A stretch of 64,000 nucleotides of DNA from contig JANRLD010000070.1 of NCBI GenBank assembly GCA_033762915.1, positions 1 to 64,000 of the forward strand, written 5' to 3'. The notes beneath the pieces were generated by a model, which did no database searches, was not told the DNA's origin, and saw nothing but the letters and a program-made list of their open reading frames with translations. Numbering within the stretch: position 1 is the stretch's first letter; every line of letters begins with the position of its first letter. Shown piece after piece: positions 9,392 to 18,089 of this stretch. This DNA comes from Meiothermus sp. (GTDB taxonomy: Bacteria; Deinococcota; Deinococci; Deinococcales; Thermaceae). The translations under genes were made by a program, and so were the position numbers.

Positions 9392-10456
9392 ATGCTCGCC
9401 CGATTCAGACGTCCCCGGAAGACCGCCATCACCGTGACCGTGCCCGCAGTGACGGCGCCCGCGCAGCCGTTGCGGCCCAGGGAACTGGCGGCGGAGCTGA
9501 TGCGCAAACTCGAGTTCAAGATTTTGAAGCGGCTGGACGGTTTTCTGTTCGGCGACTACACCGGCTTCTTCTATGGCCCCAGCCTGGACCTAGCTGAGGT
9601 GCGGGAGTACCAGCCAGGCGACGAGGTCAGGCGCATCGACTGGAATGTGACCGCGAGAACCGGCAAGATTCACGTCCGCCAGTACCGCGAGGAGAAGGAA
9701 GTCACGGCCTGGCTGATCGTGGACTTGTCGGCCTCGATGAACTTCGGGACGCGGCGGGTGCTCAAGCGCGAGGAGGCCCTCGAGTTCGTCGGCACCGCCG
9801 CCAGCATCATCACCCGGCATGGCGACAAGGTCGGGGTGATCGGTTTCAACGAGGCGGGCCTGAGAATCGTGCCCCCGAGGGCCGGGAAGCAGCAGGTGCT
9901 GCGGATTCTGCTCGAGCTGTTCGCGCTCTCCCAGGCTGCCGAACGCCGTCTGGCGGGCCGGGAGGCCGGCGGGAGGCGGGAAGAACGGGAAACGGTTAAG
10001 AACCCCAACCCCCAAGCCCCAGACCACGGTCCCTCCGGCTCTCTCGAAGCAGCACTCGAGCACATCTCCAAAACCCTCAAGCGGCGCGGGTTGCTGTTCG
10101 TGGTCTCGGACTTCTTAAGCGTGAATTCTGCCGAGGAGCCGCCCTGGTCCAGGGGGCTGCGGCGGCTGGCCTTCCGGCACGACGTGATCGCGGTGCGGGT
10201 GGTAGACCCGGCCGAGCGCGAGCTGCCCCAGGCGGGCGAGTTGCGCCTGCGCGACCCCGAGAGCGGCGAGGAGATCTGGCTGGACACCTCCGACCCCCGC
10301 GTGCGCCGCTCCCACGCTGCTCTGGTGCAGCAGCGCGAGGACATGCTGGCCCGCGTCCTGCGATCCGCGCAGGTGGACACCCTGACCCTCACCACCGCCC
10401 AGGAAATCATCGAGCCGATTCTGAAGTTTACGCTCAGGCGCAAGGGGAGGAGATGA
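9392..10456 (+). CDS. DUF58 protein
   Basis: VREYQPGDEVRRIDWNVTAR, DLSASM, VVSDF. Confidence 0.92.
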   Translation: MLARFRRPRKTAITVTVPAVTAPAQPLRPRELAAELMRKLEFKILKRLDGFLFGDYTGFFYGPSLDLAEVREYQPGDEVRRIDWNVTARTGKIHVRQYREEKEVTAWLIVDLSASMNFGTRRVLKREEALEFVGTAASIITRHGDKVGVIGFNEAGLRIVPPRAGKQQVLRILLELFALSQAAERRLAGREAGGRREERETVKNPNPQAPDHGPSGSLEAALEHISKTLKRRGLLFVVSDFLSVNSAEEPPWSRGLRRLAFRHDVIAVRVVDPAERELPQAGELRLRDPESGEEIWLDTSDPRVRRSHAALVQQREDMLARVLRSAQVDTLTLTTAQEIIEPILKFTLRRKGRR

Positions 10457-10571
10457 TGGAAGGTCGTACGTCGTACGTCATACGTCTTACGCCAAAGGCG
10501 CCAGTCAGTACAGGGGGGGTCGGGCGTTCAGTGTCCGACAAACGCACGACGACCCCCCAAGGAGGGCCTTC

Positions 10572-11621
10572 ATGAGCTTCACCTGGCCTGTCCTGCTCTG
10601 GCTGATGCTGCTGGTGCCGCTGTTTATCGGGCTGCTGGTGTGGGCGGGGCGTCGGCGGGAACGTACTGCGACCGTGTTCGCCGACGCCCGGCTTCTGGGC
10701 ACCGTGGTGCGGCAGCCGCCCAAGGCGCACGTCTGGTGGCCGCTGGCCCTGCAAACTTTGGCCCTGGCGCTGCTGCTATTCTCGGCGTCGCGCCCCATCG
10801 CGGCCCTGCCGCTGCCCCAAAACAAGGCCGCGGTGATTTTGGCGGTGGACACCTCGCGCTCGATGCAGGCCCCCGACCTCAACCCCAGCCGCCTCGAGGC
10901 TGCCAAGGAGACCGCGCGCGAGTTCATCCGCCAGTCGCCCGCCACCACCCAGATCGGGCTGGTCAGCTTCTCCGACTCGGCCTCGGCCCTGGTGCTGCCC
11001 ACCACCAACCGCCAGGAGTTGTTCGAAGCCATCGACCGGCTCAAATTCTCGCAGAACACCTCGGTCGCGGCTGCGGTTGTGACCGGGGTGCGGATGCTGC
11101 CGGGCCGCCGCCAGCTCAAGCCGCCCGCCGAGCTGCTGCCCCCCAACATCGCCCCGCAAGACCCCCTGCAAAACCAGCCCGACCAGCCCCAGCCCACCGA
11201 GACCCCTCCTCCAGGCAGCATCGTGATCATGTCCGACGGGGCCTCCAATGTCTCCACCAACCCCGGCCTCCCCGCCCGCAACACCCTCGAGATTGCGGCC
11301 CGCTTCGCCAAAGAGAACGGGGTCAAGGTCTACACCTTCCCCATGGGCAAGGAGGGCGGCGCGGTGGTGACCCTACAGGGCCAAAACTACTTCGTCCCCT
11401 TTGAGCCGCGCAACCTCCAGCAGCTCGCCGAGAACACCGGCGGCAAGAACGTCTTCCCCCCCACCGCCGAGGCCCTCAAGGCCGTCACGGCAGAGCTGGG
11501 CACGGTGATCCGCTGGGAGGGCACTCGGCTGGAGGTTTCCTCGCTGCTCTCCGGCTTGGCTGTGCTGCTGATGCTGATCGGCGCGGGCCTGAGCCTAAGG
11601 TGGCAGCGTAGGGTACCGTGA
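10572..11621 (+). CDS. BatA-like membrane VWA protein
   Basis: N- and C-terminal TM segments; MIDAS DTSRS; MSDG. Confidence 0.92.
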   Translation: MSFTWPVLLWLMLLVPLFIGLLVWAGRRRERTATVFADARLLGTVVRQPPKAHVWWPLALQTLALALLLFSASRPIAALPLPQNKAAVILAVDTSRSMQAPDLNPSRLEAAKETAREFIRQSPATTQIGLVSFSDSASALVLPTTNRQELFEAIDRLKFSQNTSVAAAVVTGVRMLPGRRQLKPPAELLPPNIAPQDPLQNQPDQPQPTETPPPGSIVIMSDGASNVSTNPGLPARNTLEIAARFAKENGVKVYTFPMGKEGGAVVTLQGQNYFVPFEPRNLQQLAENTGGKNVFPPTAEALKAVTAELGTVIRWEGTRLEVSSLLSGLAVLLMLIGAGLSLRWQRRVP

Positions 11622-11764
11622 GTGTGGAGGTTTGTGTTAATGAACGTGCTTAAGCACAGGCCAGAGGAAGGCTCGAGGTCTTCGCTGTGCGCTGCTCCTT
11701 GCCCTCTGCTCTCCCGGCCCAGCTGTCCGCACATCGCCCATAGCCCATGTCTGGGGGCTCGCCG

Positions 11765-12724
11765 ATGACCTTCCTCTGGCCCCTGGCCCTGCTTGGGCTG
11801 CTGATCGTGCCGCTGGCGGTGTGGCTGTACCGCCGGAGCCTGAGGCCGCCCGCCGAGTCGGTGGTGGTGCATTCCGACGTGCCGTTGTTGATGCAGGCCG
11901 CCCGGCGCTCGGGCAACTGGAAGCGGCACATCCCGGCGGGGCTGTACGGGCTGGCGCTGGTGCTGGCGCTGATCGCCCTGGCCAGACCGAGCCTGCCGGT
12001 GTTGCTGGGCGACCCCAGGGCGGGGATCGTGCTGGCGGTGGACGTGAGCCGCTCGATGCAGGCCACAGATGTTTCGCCTAACCGCTTCGAGGCGGCACGG
12101 GCCGCGCTGCGGACGTTTATTCAGGAGTTGCCCGAGGGGGCCAGGGTAGGGCTGGTCACCTTCTCGCGCAACGCCGAGACGGTGGTGCCCTTGACCACCG
12201 ACCGGCAGAAGCTGGTCGAGGCGGTGGACTTCTTGCAGCTCGACCTGGGCACCGCCATCGGCGACGCCATCTTCGAGAGTCTGAAGGCCCTGCCGACCCT
12301 CGAGGAGCGCTCCGACGTGGCCGACCCCCGTAGCCTGGCCACCATCATCCTGCTCACCGACGGACGCAGCGTGGCCGGCTCCGACCCCCTCGAGGCGGCC
12401 AGCGTGGCCAACGAACAGAAAGTCCGGATCAATACCATCGGGATTGGGCGCATTACCGACGGCCCGGTTCCCGGCCTACCCGAGGCTTACGCGATGGCGG
12501 CACAGTTCGACGAGGTCACCCTCAAGGAAATCGCCCGCACCACCGGCGGCGAGTACGCCTATGTAACCTCCATCAGCAGCCTGCGGGCCGCCTACCGCGA
12601 CCTGACCCGCCAGGTTCAGTGGCGGGTGCGCCGCGAGGAAGCCACCGCCTACCTGACCGTCGCGGCGGGGCTGCTGCTGATGCTCTCCATGGTGTTTAGT
12701 CAGCTGCGCAGGCGGGTGATGTAG
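11765..12724 (+). CDS. BatA-like membrane VWA protein
   Basis: MIDAS DVSRS, TAIGDAI, LLTDG. Confidence 0.92.
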   Translation: MTFLWPLALLGLLIVPLAVWLYRRSLRPPAESVVVHSDVPLLMQAARRSGNWKRHIPAGLYGLALVLALIALARPSLPVLLGDPRAGIVLAVDVSRSMQATDVSPNRFEAARAALRTFIQELPEGARVGLVTFSRNAETVVPLTTDRQKLVEAVDFLQLDLGTAIGDAIFESLKALPTLEERSDVADPRSLATIILLTDGRSVAGSDPLEAASVANEQKVRINTIGIGRITDGPVPGLPEAYAMAAQFDEVTLKEIARTTGGEYAYVTSISSLRAAYRDLTRQVQWRVRREEATAYLTVAAGLLLMLSMVFSQLRRRVM

Positions 12725-12818
12725 TGCAGGAAGGTGTTGAGCCAACTTCGCATTCGCGTGCTTTGGTGCATGCACCGACATCTACAGGGCTGAGGGTTTG
12801 CAGCAGTTTGGTTCAGGT

Positions 12819-13481
12819 TCATGCGGTTGCTCTTTTTTGCTTGGCCTGAAGCCTGCGGCGGATGGCCCATTCGGCAATGGCAAGATTAATCACCCAGCCC
12901 GCTGCAAGACCGATAGCCCTGTTCAGGTCATTCAGGTTCTCGGGAAAGAAAAGAAACAATGGCGCAGCGGTGAAAACCTGTGTGTTCCCCCCCGCCCCGA
13001 GGGCGTAAACTCGAGTCATCCAAACCCCGTGGTTGGTAAAATCCCGTCGGTAAATCGCCGCCGTAGCCAGCACAATTGCCAGCACCATCCATCCGCCAAA
13101 CAACATCCGGGTTGCATACACCAACACACCGTCGTACTCAGGCAGAGCATTGAAATGCGCCATCCAAATTCCCGATAGCGCCACCACCAACCCGCTGGGA
13201 ATCAAGACTCGCCCAGCCATTTTGTGCCAACCCGGTTTCTGGCGGCGCAACCTTGGGGCAAACTGAAAAGCCCCCAAAACCAAGAACACAATGCCACCCA
13301 GGCTGTGGGCGATTATGGGCAGCGGTGCGGCGAAGAAGCGCTGATTCTCGGGGGTGATGGTTGTGCCAGCGACCAGCTCGAGCACTCGAGCCACCCCCGA
13401 GGCAACTGGAACCAACGCCAGCAGGATAAGGGCTGCGGGGACTAGCCACTCGAGCTTATTGGGCGCAGATGTTTTGTTCAT
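12819..13481 (-). CDS. DUF2306-like membrane protein
   Basis: Several TM segments; WHKMAGR and HGVWMTRVY. Confidence 0.75.
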   Translation of the reverse strand: MNKTSAPNKLEWLVPAALILLALVPVASGVARVLELVAGTTITPENQRFFAAPLPIIAHSLGGIVFLVLGAFQFAPRLRRQKPGWHKMAGRVLIPSGLVVALSGIWMAHFNALPEYDGVLVYATRMLFGGWMVLAIVLATAAIYRRDFTNHGVWMTRVYALGAGGNTQVFTAAPLFLFFPENLNDLNRAIGLAAGWVINLAIAEWAIRRRLQAKQKRATA

Positions 13482-13606
13482 ATCCACTCCATTTTTTGCG
13501 ATAGGGACCCAGCTCTATTGATTGACAATAGAACGACTTCACCATCAAGGCTTACCCAACAAAGGCGATCAGGTGGTCGCCAAGGCAGTCAAAGAGTGTG
13601 TCATCC

Positions 13607-13703
13607 TGAGAGCGGTTCCCACGCATACCCGCTACAGCAAAAACCGCTGTAGGGAGTACATTACCTGCCGCCGCGAGGGAGGTCATGGTGGGAAACCCGA
13701 TGA
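13607..13703 (+). repeat. Family A miniature inverted-repeat element
   Basis: TGA-GAGCGGTTCCCAC...GGGAAACCCGA-TGA; closely matches 39540-39637. Confidence 0.85.
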
Positions 13704-14163
13704 GGTAACAAACGCAGTGGCGGTAGGGCAGCGTCCAGCTTAAAGAGGCGCATGTAATGTCTGCTTTCGGGTGACTCGGCAGGGCTATGCCCCGCAATCT
13801 GGGACGCGGTTCGTGCTAAAAGCCATTCTTGAGCGAGGCACTGTTTTAAGATTGCCGAGCTAGTGGGCTGTCCCCACCGCATCTCGAGGTCGCTTTCCCC
13901 ATGGCCCGGCCGCCCCGATCACGTAGAGCACCGCGCATGACATCGTTGTAGATGTTCATCACGTTGTTCCTTTCTTGAGACAACACCTCCACAACAAGCC
14001 GTTAATTTGCGCCCGCGTAAGATGCACAAATCACCGCCGTTTTACAAGCTGGCTACGGGCGCAATCCCTGAGTGGCTTGTAGGCGGAAAATCACGCAAGA
14101 CATACGCGGGAGGTACTTAGCTTGCCCTTGGGGTAGGCCGAAATCCTGTTTTTGGATAAACCT

Positions 14164-15186
14164 TTACGCCTCGTGGCTTACTTTGATGGTCACACTGCCG
14201 CGCTTGCGCCCTGTTTCTACATAGCGGTGCGCGGCGGCCAATTGCTCCAACGGGTATTGGCGGTCTATCACCGGTTTCAGGTGGCCTTCTTGGGCCAGCT
14301 TGGCCAGCAGTTTTACATCCTCAGCACGTTCGGAACCGGGGCCAGCAATCACCTTTTTGCCCCCCGCCGATTCCCACACCGACGAGACCATTTGCCCCAG
14401 GGTGGCAATCACCAAAAGTAGACGCCCGCCCTTGCGCAGTGAGTTTTTGCTGCGGGCAAACCCAGCCGTCCCGACCATGTCCATAATTACGTCGTACTGT
14501 TCGCCGCTGGCCGTGAAGTCCTGGCGGGTGTAGTCGATCACCTGCTGCGCGCCCAATGCCCGCACCATGTCCACGTTGGCCCCACTGCACACGGCGGTAA
14601 CCTCGGCCCCGAAGTGGCGGGCCAGTTGCACCGCCGCCACCCCTACTGCTCCAGAGGCCCCGTTGACCAGCAGCTTGTCGCCAGCCTTGAGCCCGCCCCG
14701 CCGGAAGAAGTCCAGGGCGGTGGTTCCGCCGAAGGGCAGGGCTGCGGCCTCTTCGTAGCTCAGGTTGGGCGGGATGTGCGCCAGTGGGCCATTCTCGGCG
14801 GCGCACTTGTACTGGGCGTTGGCCCCCATGCTGGCTCCGCTCATCCCGAACACGCGGTCGCCAACCTTAAAACCCGTCACCTTTGACCCTATGGCTTCTA
14901 CCGCTCCGGCGAACTCGCTGCCCAGCACCGTTTGACGAGGCCGCCACACCCCCATGGCCAGACGGATAATCAGCCCGAACCCGGCAGGCACATTCAAGCC
15001 GCGCACACGGCAATCACCCGAAGTGACGGTGGTGGCATAAATCTTGACCAGCACCTCGTTGTCTTTGGGGGTGGGCTTTGGCAGTTCGGCCATGCGGAGC
15101 ACTTCGGGCGGGCCATACTCGGTGCGCACCGCTGCTTTCATGGTGCGGGCACTGGCATTGGATTGCGGTTTGGCGGTTGTGTCCAT
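14164..15186 (-). CDS. NAD(P)-dependent MDR oxidoreductase (alcohol dehydrogenase-like)
   Basis: YGPPEVL, GSEFAG, NGASGAVG. Confidence 0.92.
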   Translation of the reverse strand: MDTTAKPQSNASARTMKAAVRTEYGPPEVLRMAELPKPTPKDNEVLVKIYATTVTSGDCRVRGLNVPAGFGLIIRLAMGVWRPRQTVLGSEFAGAVEAIGSKVTGFKVGDRVFGMSGASMGANAQYKCAAENGPLAHIPPNLSYEEAAALPFGGTTALDFFRRGGLKAGDKLLVNGASGAVGVAAVQLARHFGAEVTAVCSGANVDMVRALGAQQVIDYTRQDFTASGEQYDVIMDMVGTAGFARSKNSLRKGGRLLLVIATLGQMVSSVWESAGGKKVIAGPGSERAEDVKLLAKLAQEGHLKPVIDRQYPLEQLAAAHRYVETGRKRGSVTIKVSHEA

Positions 15187-15204
15187 TTTCGATTTTCCTC
15201 ACTA

Positions 15205-15250
15205 GCCTTACGCCGTAAGGCACATTTACAAGGTAGCCTTACAGTGTAAG
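15205..15250. promoter_or_regulatory. Two palindromic operators CTTAC-N3-GTAAG, probably for the adjacent TetR
   Basis: gccttacgccgtaaggc (15205-15221) and cttacagtgtaag (15238-15250) between divergent genes. Confidence 0.75.
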
Positions 15251-15272
15251 ATTGTCAATAGAGCATCGCGTT

Positions 15273-15956
15273 ATGACCCCGAAACCCGCCAAACCAGCTA
15301 AGCAGAAAAACGAGCCCAAAGCCAAGCTGAGCCGCGAGCTGGTACTGCAAAAGGCCGTCGAAATAGCCGACCAGGAGGGTATCCAGGCCCTCACCATGCG
15401 CCGCCTGGCCCAGGAGCTGGGCGTGGAGGCGATGTCGCTTTACTACCACTTCGCCAACAAGGAAAAGCTCCTAGACGGGATGATTGACCTGGTATTCGCC
15501 CAGATCGAAATGCCGCCCAAGGGCGGCTGGAAAGCCCGGATTCGGGCACGTGCGCTCTCCGCTCGCGCCGCCCTGATCCGCCACCGCTGGGCGCTGGGCT
15601 TGATGGAATCGCGCACCTCGCCCGGCCTCGCTACGCTTAGCCACCACGAGGCGGTGTTGGAGTGCTTCCGCACCAACGGCTTCTCGGTGGCGGCTGCCGC
15701 CCACGCCTATTCGCTCTTGGACAGCTACGTGTACGGCTTCACCTTGCAACAGCTCAATCTGCCCTTCAACACCTTCGAGGAGTCGGGCACAGCCGCCGAG
15801 AGCATCATGGCCGAGGTGGCGGCAGGCCATTTCCCGTACCTGGCCGAGATGGCCGTTGAGTACGTATTGAGGCCAGGCTACGACTATGCCAACGAGTTCG
15901 AGATCGGCCTCGAGCTGGTGTTGGACGGCCTCGAGCGGCTGCGCCAGGGGAGCTGA
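15273..15956 (+). CDS. TetR-family regulator (TetR_C type)
   Basis: LTMRRLAQELGVEAMSLYYHFANKE and FEIGLELVLDGL. Confidence 0.95.
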   Translation: MTPKPAKPAKQKNEPKAKLSRELVLQKAVEIADQEGIQALTMRRLAQELGVEAMSLYYHFANKEKLLDGMIDLVFAQIEMPPKGGWKARIRARALSARAALIRHRWALGLMESRTSPGLATLSHHEAVLECFRTNGFSVAAAAHAYSLLDSYVYGFTLQQLNLPFNTFEESGTAAESIMAEVAAGHFPYLAEMAVEYVLRPGYDYANEFEIGLELVLDGLERLRQGS

Positions 15957-16021
15957 GCGCGGCCGCCCCCGCCGACCCCGCATAGCCAAAACCCCCGCCG
16001 ACCCGCGATAATGGCCCAGGT

Positions 16022-17101
16022 ATGAACACAGTGGGCCTGCTGGGCTGTGGCAATATCTCGAGCACCTATCTCAAGAACGCGGCGCTGTTCGGCAACTACC
16101 AGATTACGGCGGTGGCCGACCTCGACGCGGAGAGGTCCAGGGCCAAGGCCGAGGAATTCGGTACCCGGGCCCTCAGCGTGGACGAACTGTTCGCCTCCGA
16201 TGTGGACCTGATCCTCAACCTGACCATCCCGGCAGTGCACGGCGAGCTGGGCCTGCGGGCCTTGGAAGCCGGAAAGCACCTCTACAACGAGAAGCCGCTG
16301 GCGGTAGAACTGGCCGAGGCCCGGCGGATGCTCGAGCTGGCCGAGGCCAAGGGTCTGCGGGTGGGCTGCGCCCCCGACACCTTCCTGGGCGCGGGCTGGC
16401 AGACTGCGCGCGAGCTGCTGGACGCCGGCACCATCGGACAGGCGGTGGGGGCCAGCGCGCTGATGGCCTACACCGGCCCCGACAAGTGGCACCCCGACCC
16501 CGACTTCTTCTTTAAGCACGGGGCGGGGCCGCTGTTTGACATGGGGCCGTACTACCTGACGGCCCTGGTCAATTTCTTCGGCCCTGTCCGGCGGGTCAGC
16601 GCGACTGCCAAGATGACCTACGCCGAGCGAAGCGTGATCAGCGGCCCCAAGGCCGGGCAGCCCATCCGGGTCGAGACCCCCACCCACATCTCGGCGCTGC
16701 TCGAGTTCGCCTCGAGCCAGACCGCCACCCTCACCGTCAGCTTCGACGCGCTGGCCGGGATGGCCCCCAACATCGAGCTGTACGGCACTAGGGGGGCGAT
16801 GGTTGTGGGCGACCCCAACTTGTTCTCCAACCCCCTCAAGTACCGCACCGTCAACGAAACCTGGCGGGCCGGCGAGTGGCAGGAGGTCGAGCTGAGGCGC
16901 CCCTTCGCCCAGAACAGCCGGGGCCTGGGCGTATCCGACTTGTTCGCGGCCGTAGCCGAAAAACGCCCCCACCGCGCCAGCGGGGCGCTGGCCCTGCACG
17001 TGCTCGAGACCATGCACGCCGTCCTTCAGAGCGCCCGCCTCGAGCGGTGGGTAAGCATCGAGAGCGGCGTGGAGCGGCCTGAATTGCTGCCGCTGGGGTA
17101 A
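16022..17101 (+). CDS. Gfo/Idh/MocA oxidoreductase
   Basis: GCGNIS, HLYNEKPLA, GPLFDMGPYY. Confidence 0.93.
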   Translation: MNTVGLLGCGNISSTYLKNAALFGNYQITAVADLDAERSRAKAEEFGTRALSVDELFASDVDLILNLTIPAVHGELGLRALEAGKHLYNEKPLAVELAEARRMLELAEAKGLRVGCAPDTFLGAGWQTARELLDAGTIGQAVGASALMAYTGPDKWHPDPDFFFKHGAGPLFDMGPYYLTALVNFFGPVRRVSATAKMTYAERSVISGPKAGQPIRVETPTHISALLEFASSQTATLTVSFDALAGMAPNIELYGTRGAMVVGDPNLFSNPLKYRTVNETWRAGEWQEVELRRPFAQNSRGLGVSDLFAAVAEKRPHRASGALALHVLETMHAVLQSARLERWVSIESGVERPELLPLG

Positions 17102-17135
17102 AGGCCCTTTAGGCAACCCAAAGGAGAATAACCGT

Positions 17136-17864
17136 ATGACCGCACCCATCGCCCTCCAGCTTTACAGCGTGCGAGACGCACTTTCCAAGGACTTTGAAGG
17201 CACCGTCGAGCGGGTGGCCTCGTTCGGGTATCACGGGGTTGAGATTTTCGGGAACTTCCGCAGCGCGTCCCAGACCAGGCAACTGACCGACGACCTGGGC
17301 CTGAGGGTATGCGGGCGTCACGCCTCTTTCGACCCGCTGGTAGCCAACCTGGCGGGCGAAATTGAATACGCGCTCGAGCTGGGCGCGCCCTACCTCGTCT
17401 GCGCCTGGTCGAAGGCCAGCGACGAATGGAGCTGGGGCCGGATCGCCGACGAACTGGGGCGCATGGCCGCCGAGGCCGAGGCCCAGGGACTGAAGTTCGC
17501 CTACCACAACCACGGGCACGAGCTGCTCGAGAGCTTCGACAACCGGCGCGTGATGGACTTGATCCTCTCCAAGCCCAAGGTCTACGGCGAGTTGGACATC
17601 GCCTGGCTGCGGGCGGGCGGGGTGGACTCCGCCGAGTACGTCAAGGCCTACGCCGCCAAGACCCCGCTGCTACACGTTAAGGACGTGGCCTACAACGGTA
17701 AGGACTGGGACACCGTGGAGCTGGGTCAGGGGCAGGTCGAACTCGCCAAGACCATCGCCGCCGCGACCCCCGAGTGGCTGGTGGTCGAGCAAGATCACAG
17801 CCCCGACCCCTTGGGCAGCGCCCAGCGCAACCTCGAGACCCTCCAGGCACTGCTGGGCCGCTAA
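17136..17864 (+). CDS. Sugar phosphate isomerase/epimerase (xylose isomerase-like TIM barrel)
   Basis: QLYSVR, YHNHGHE, ELDIAW, HVKD, VEQD. Confidence 0.9.
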   Translation: MTAPIALQLYSVRDALSKDFEGTVERVASFGYHGVEIFGNFRSASQTRQLTDDLGLRVCGRHASFDPLVANLAGEIEYALELGAPYLVCAWSKASDEWSWGRIADELGRMAAEAEAQGLKFAYHNHGHELLESFDNRRVMDLILSKPKVYGELDIAWLRAGGVDSAEYVKAYAAKTPLLHVKDVAYNGKDWDTVELGQGQVELAKTIAAATPEWLVVEQDHSPDPLGSAQRNLETLQALLGR

Positions 17865-17972
17865 AGTCCGTGTTGATTCCCGCAACCCCTGCCGCGTTCT
17901 TGGGGCGCGGGATAGTGGGGGCTGCCGCGAACTCCGCCGTGAGGTCGCGCCTGTCCCGACGACCCACTTGCC

Positions 17973-18069
17973 TCATGGCGTTTCCCACCACTACTGCGCC
18001 CACCGTGCGGAGTAGTGCGCCCGGTCTGGCAAAAACCGCCGTACCGAGTGTTCGTGGGAAACGCGATCA
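17973..18069 (-). repeat. Family A miniature element
   Basis: Perfect 11-bp inverted repeats GCGTTTCCCAC/GTGGGAAACGC; TCA at both ends. Confidence 0.8.
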
Positions 18070-18089
18070 GACTGTCCTGACAGGGCAGC

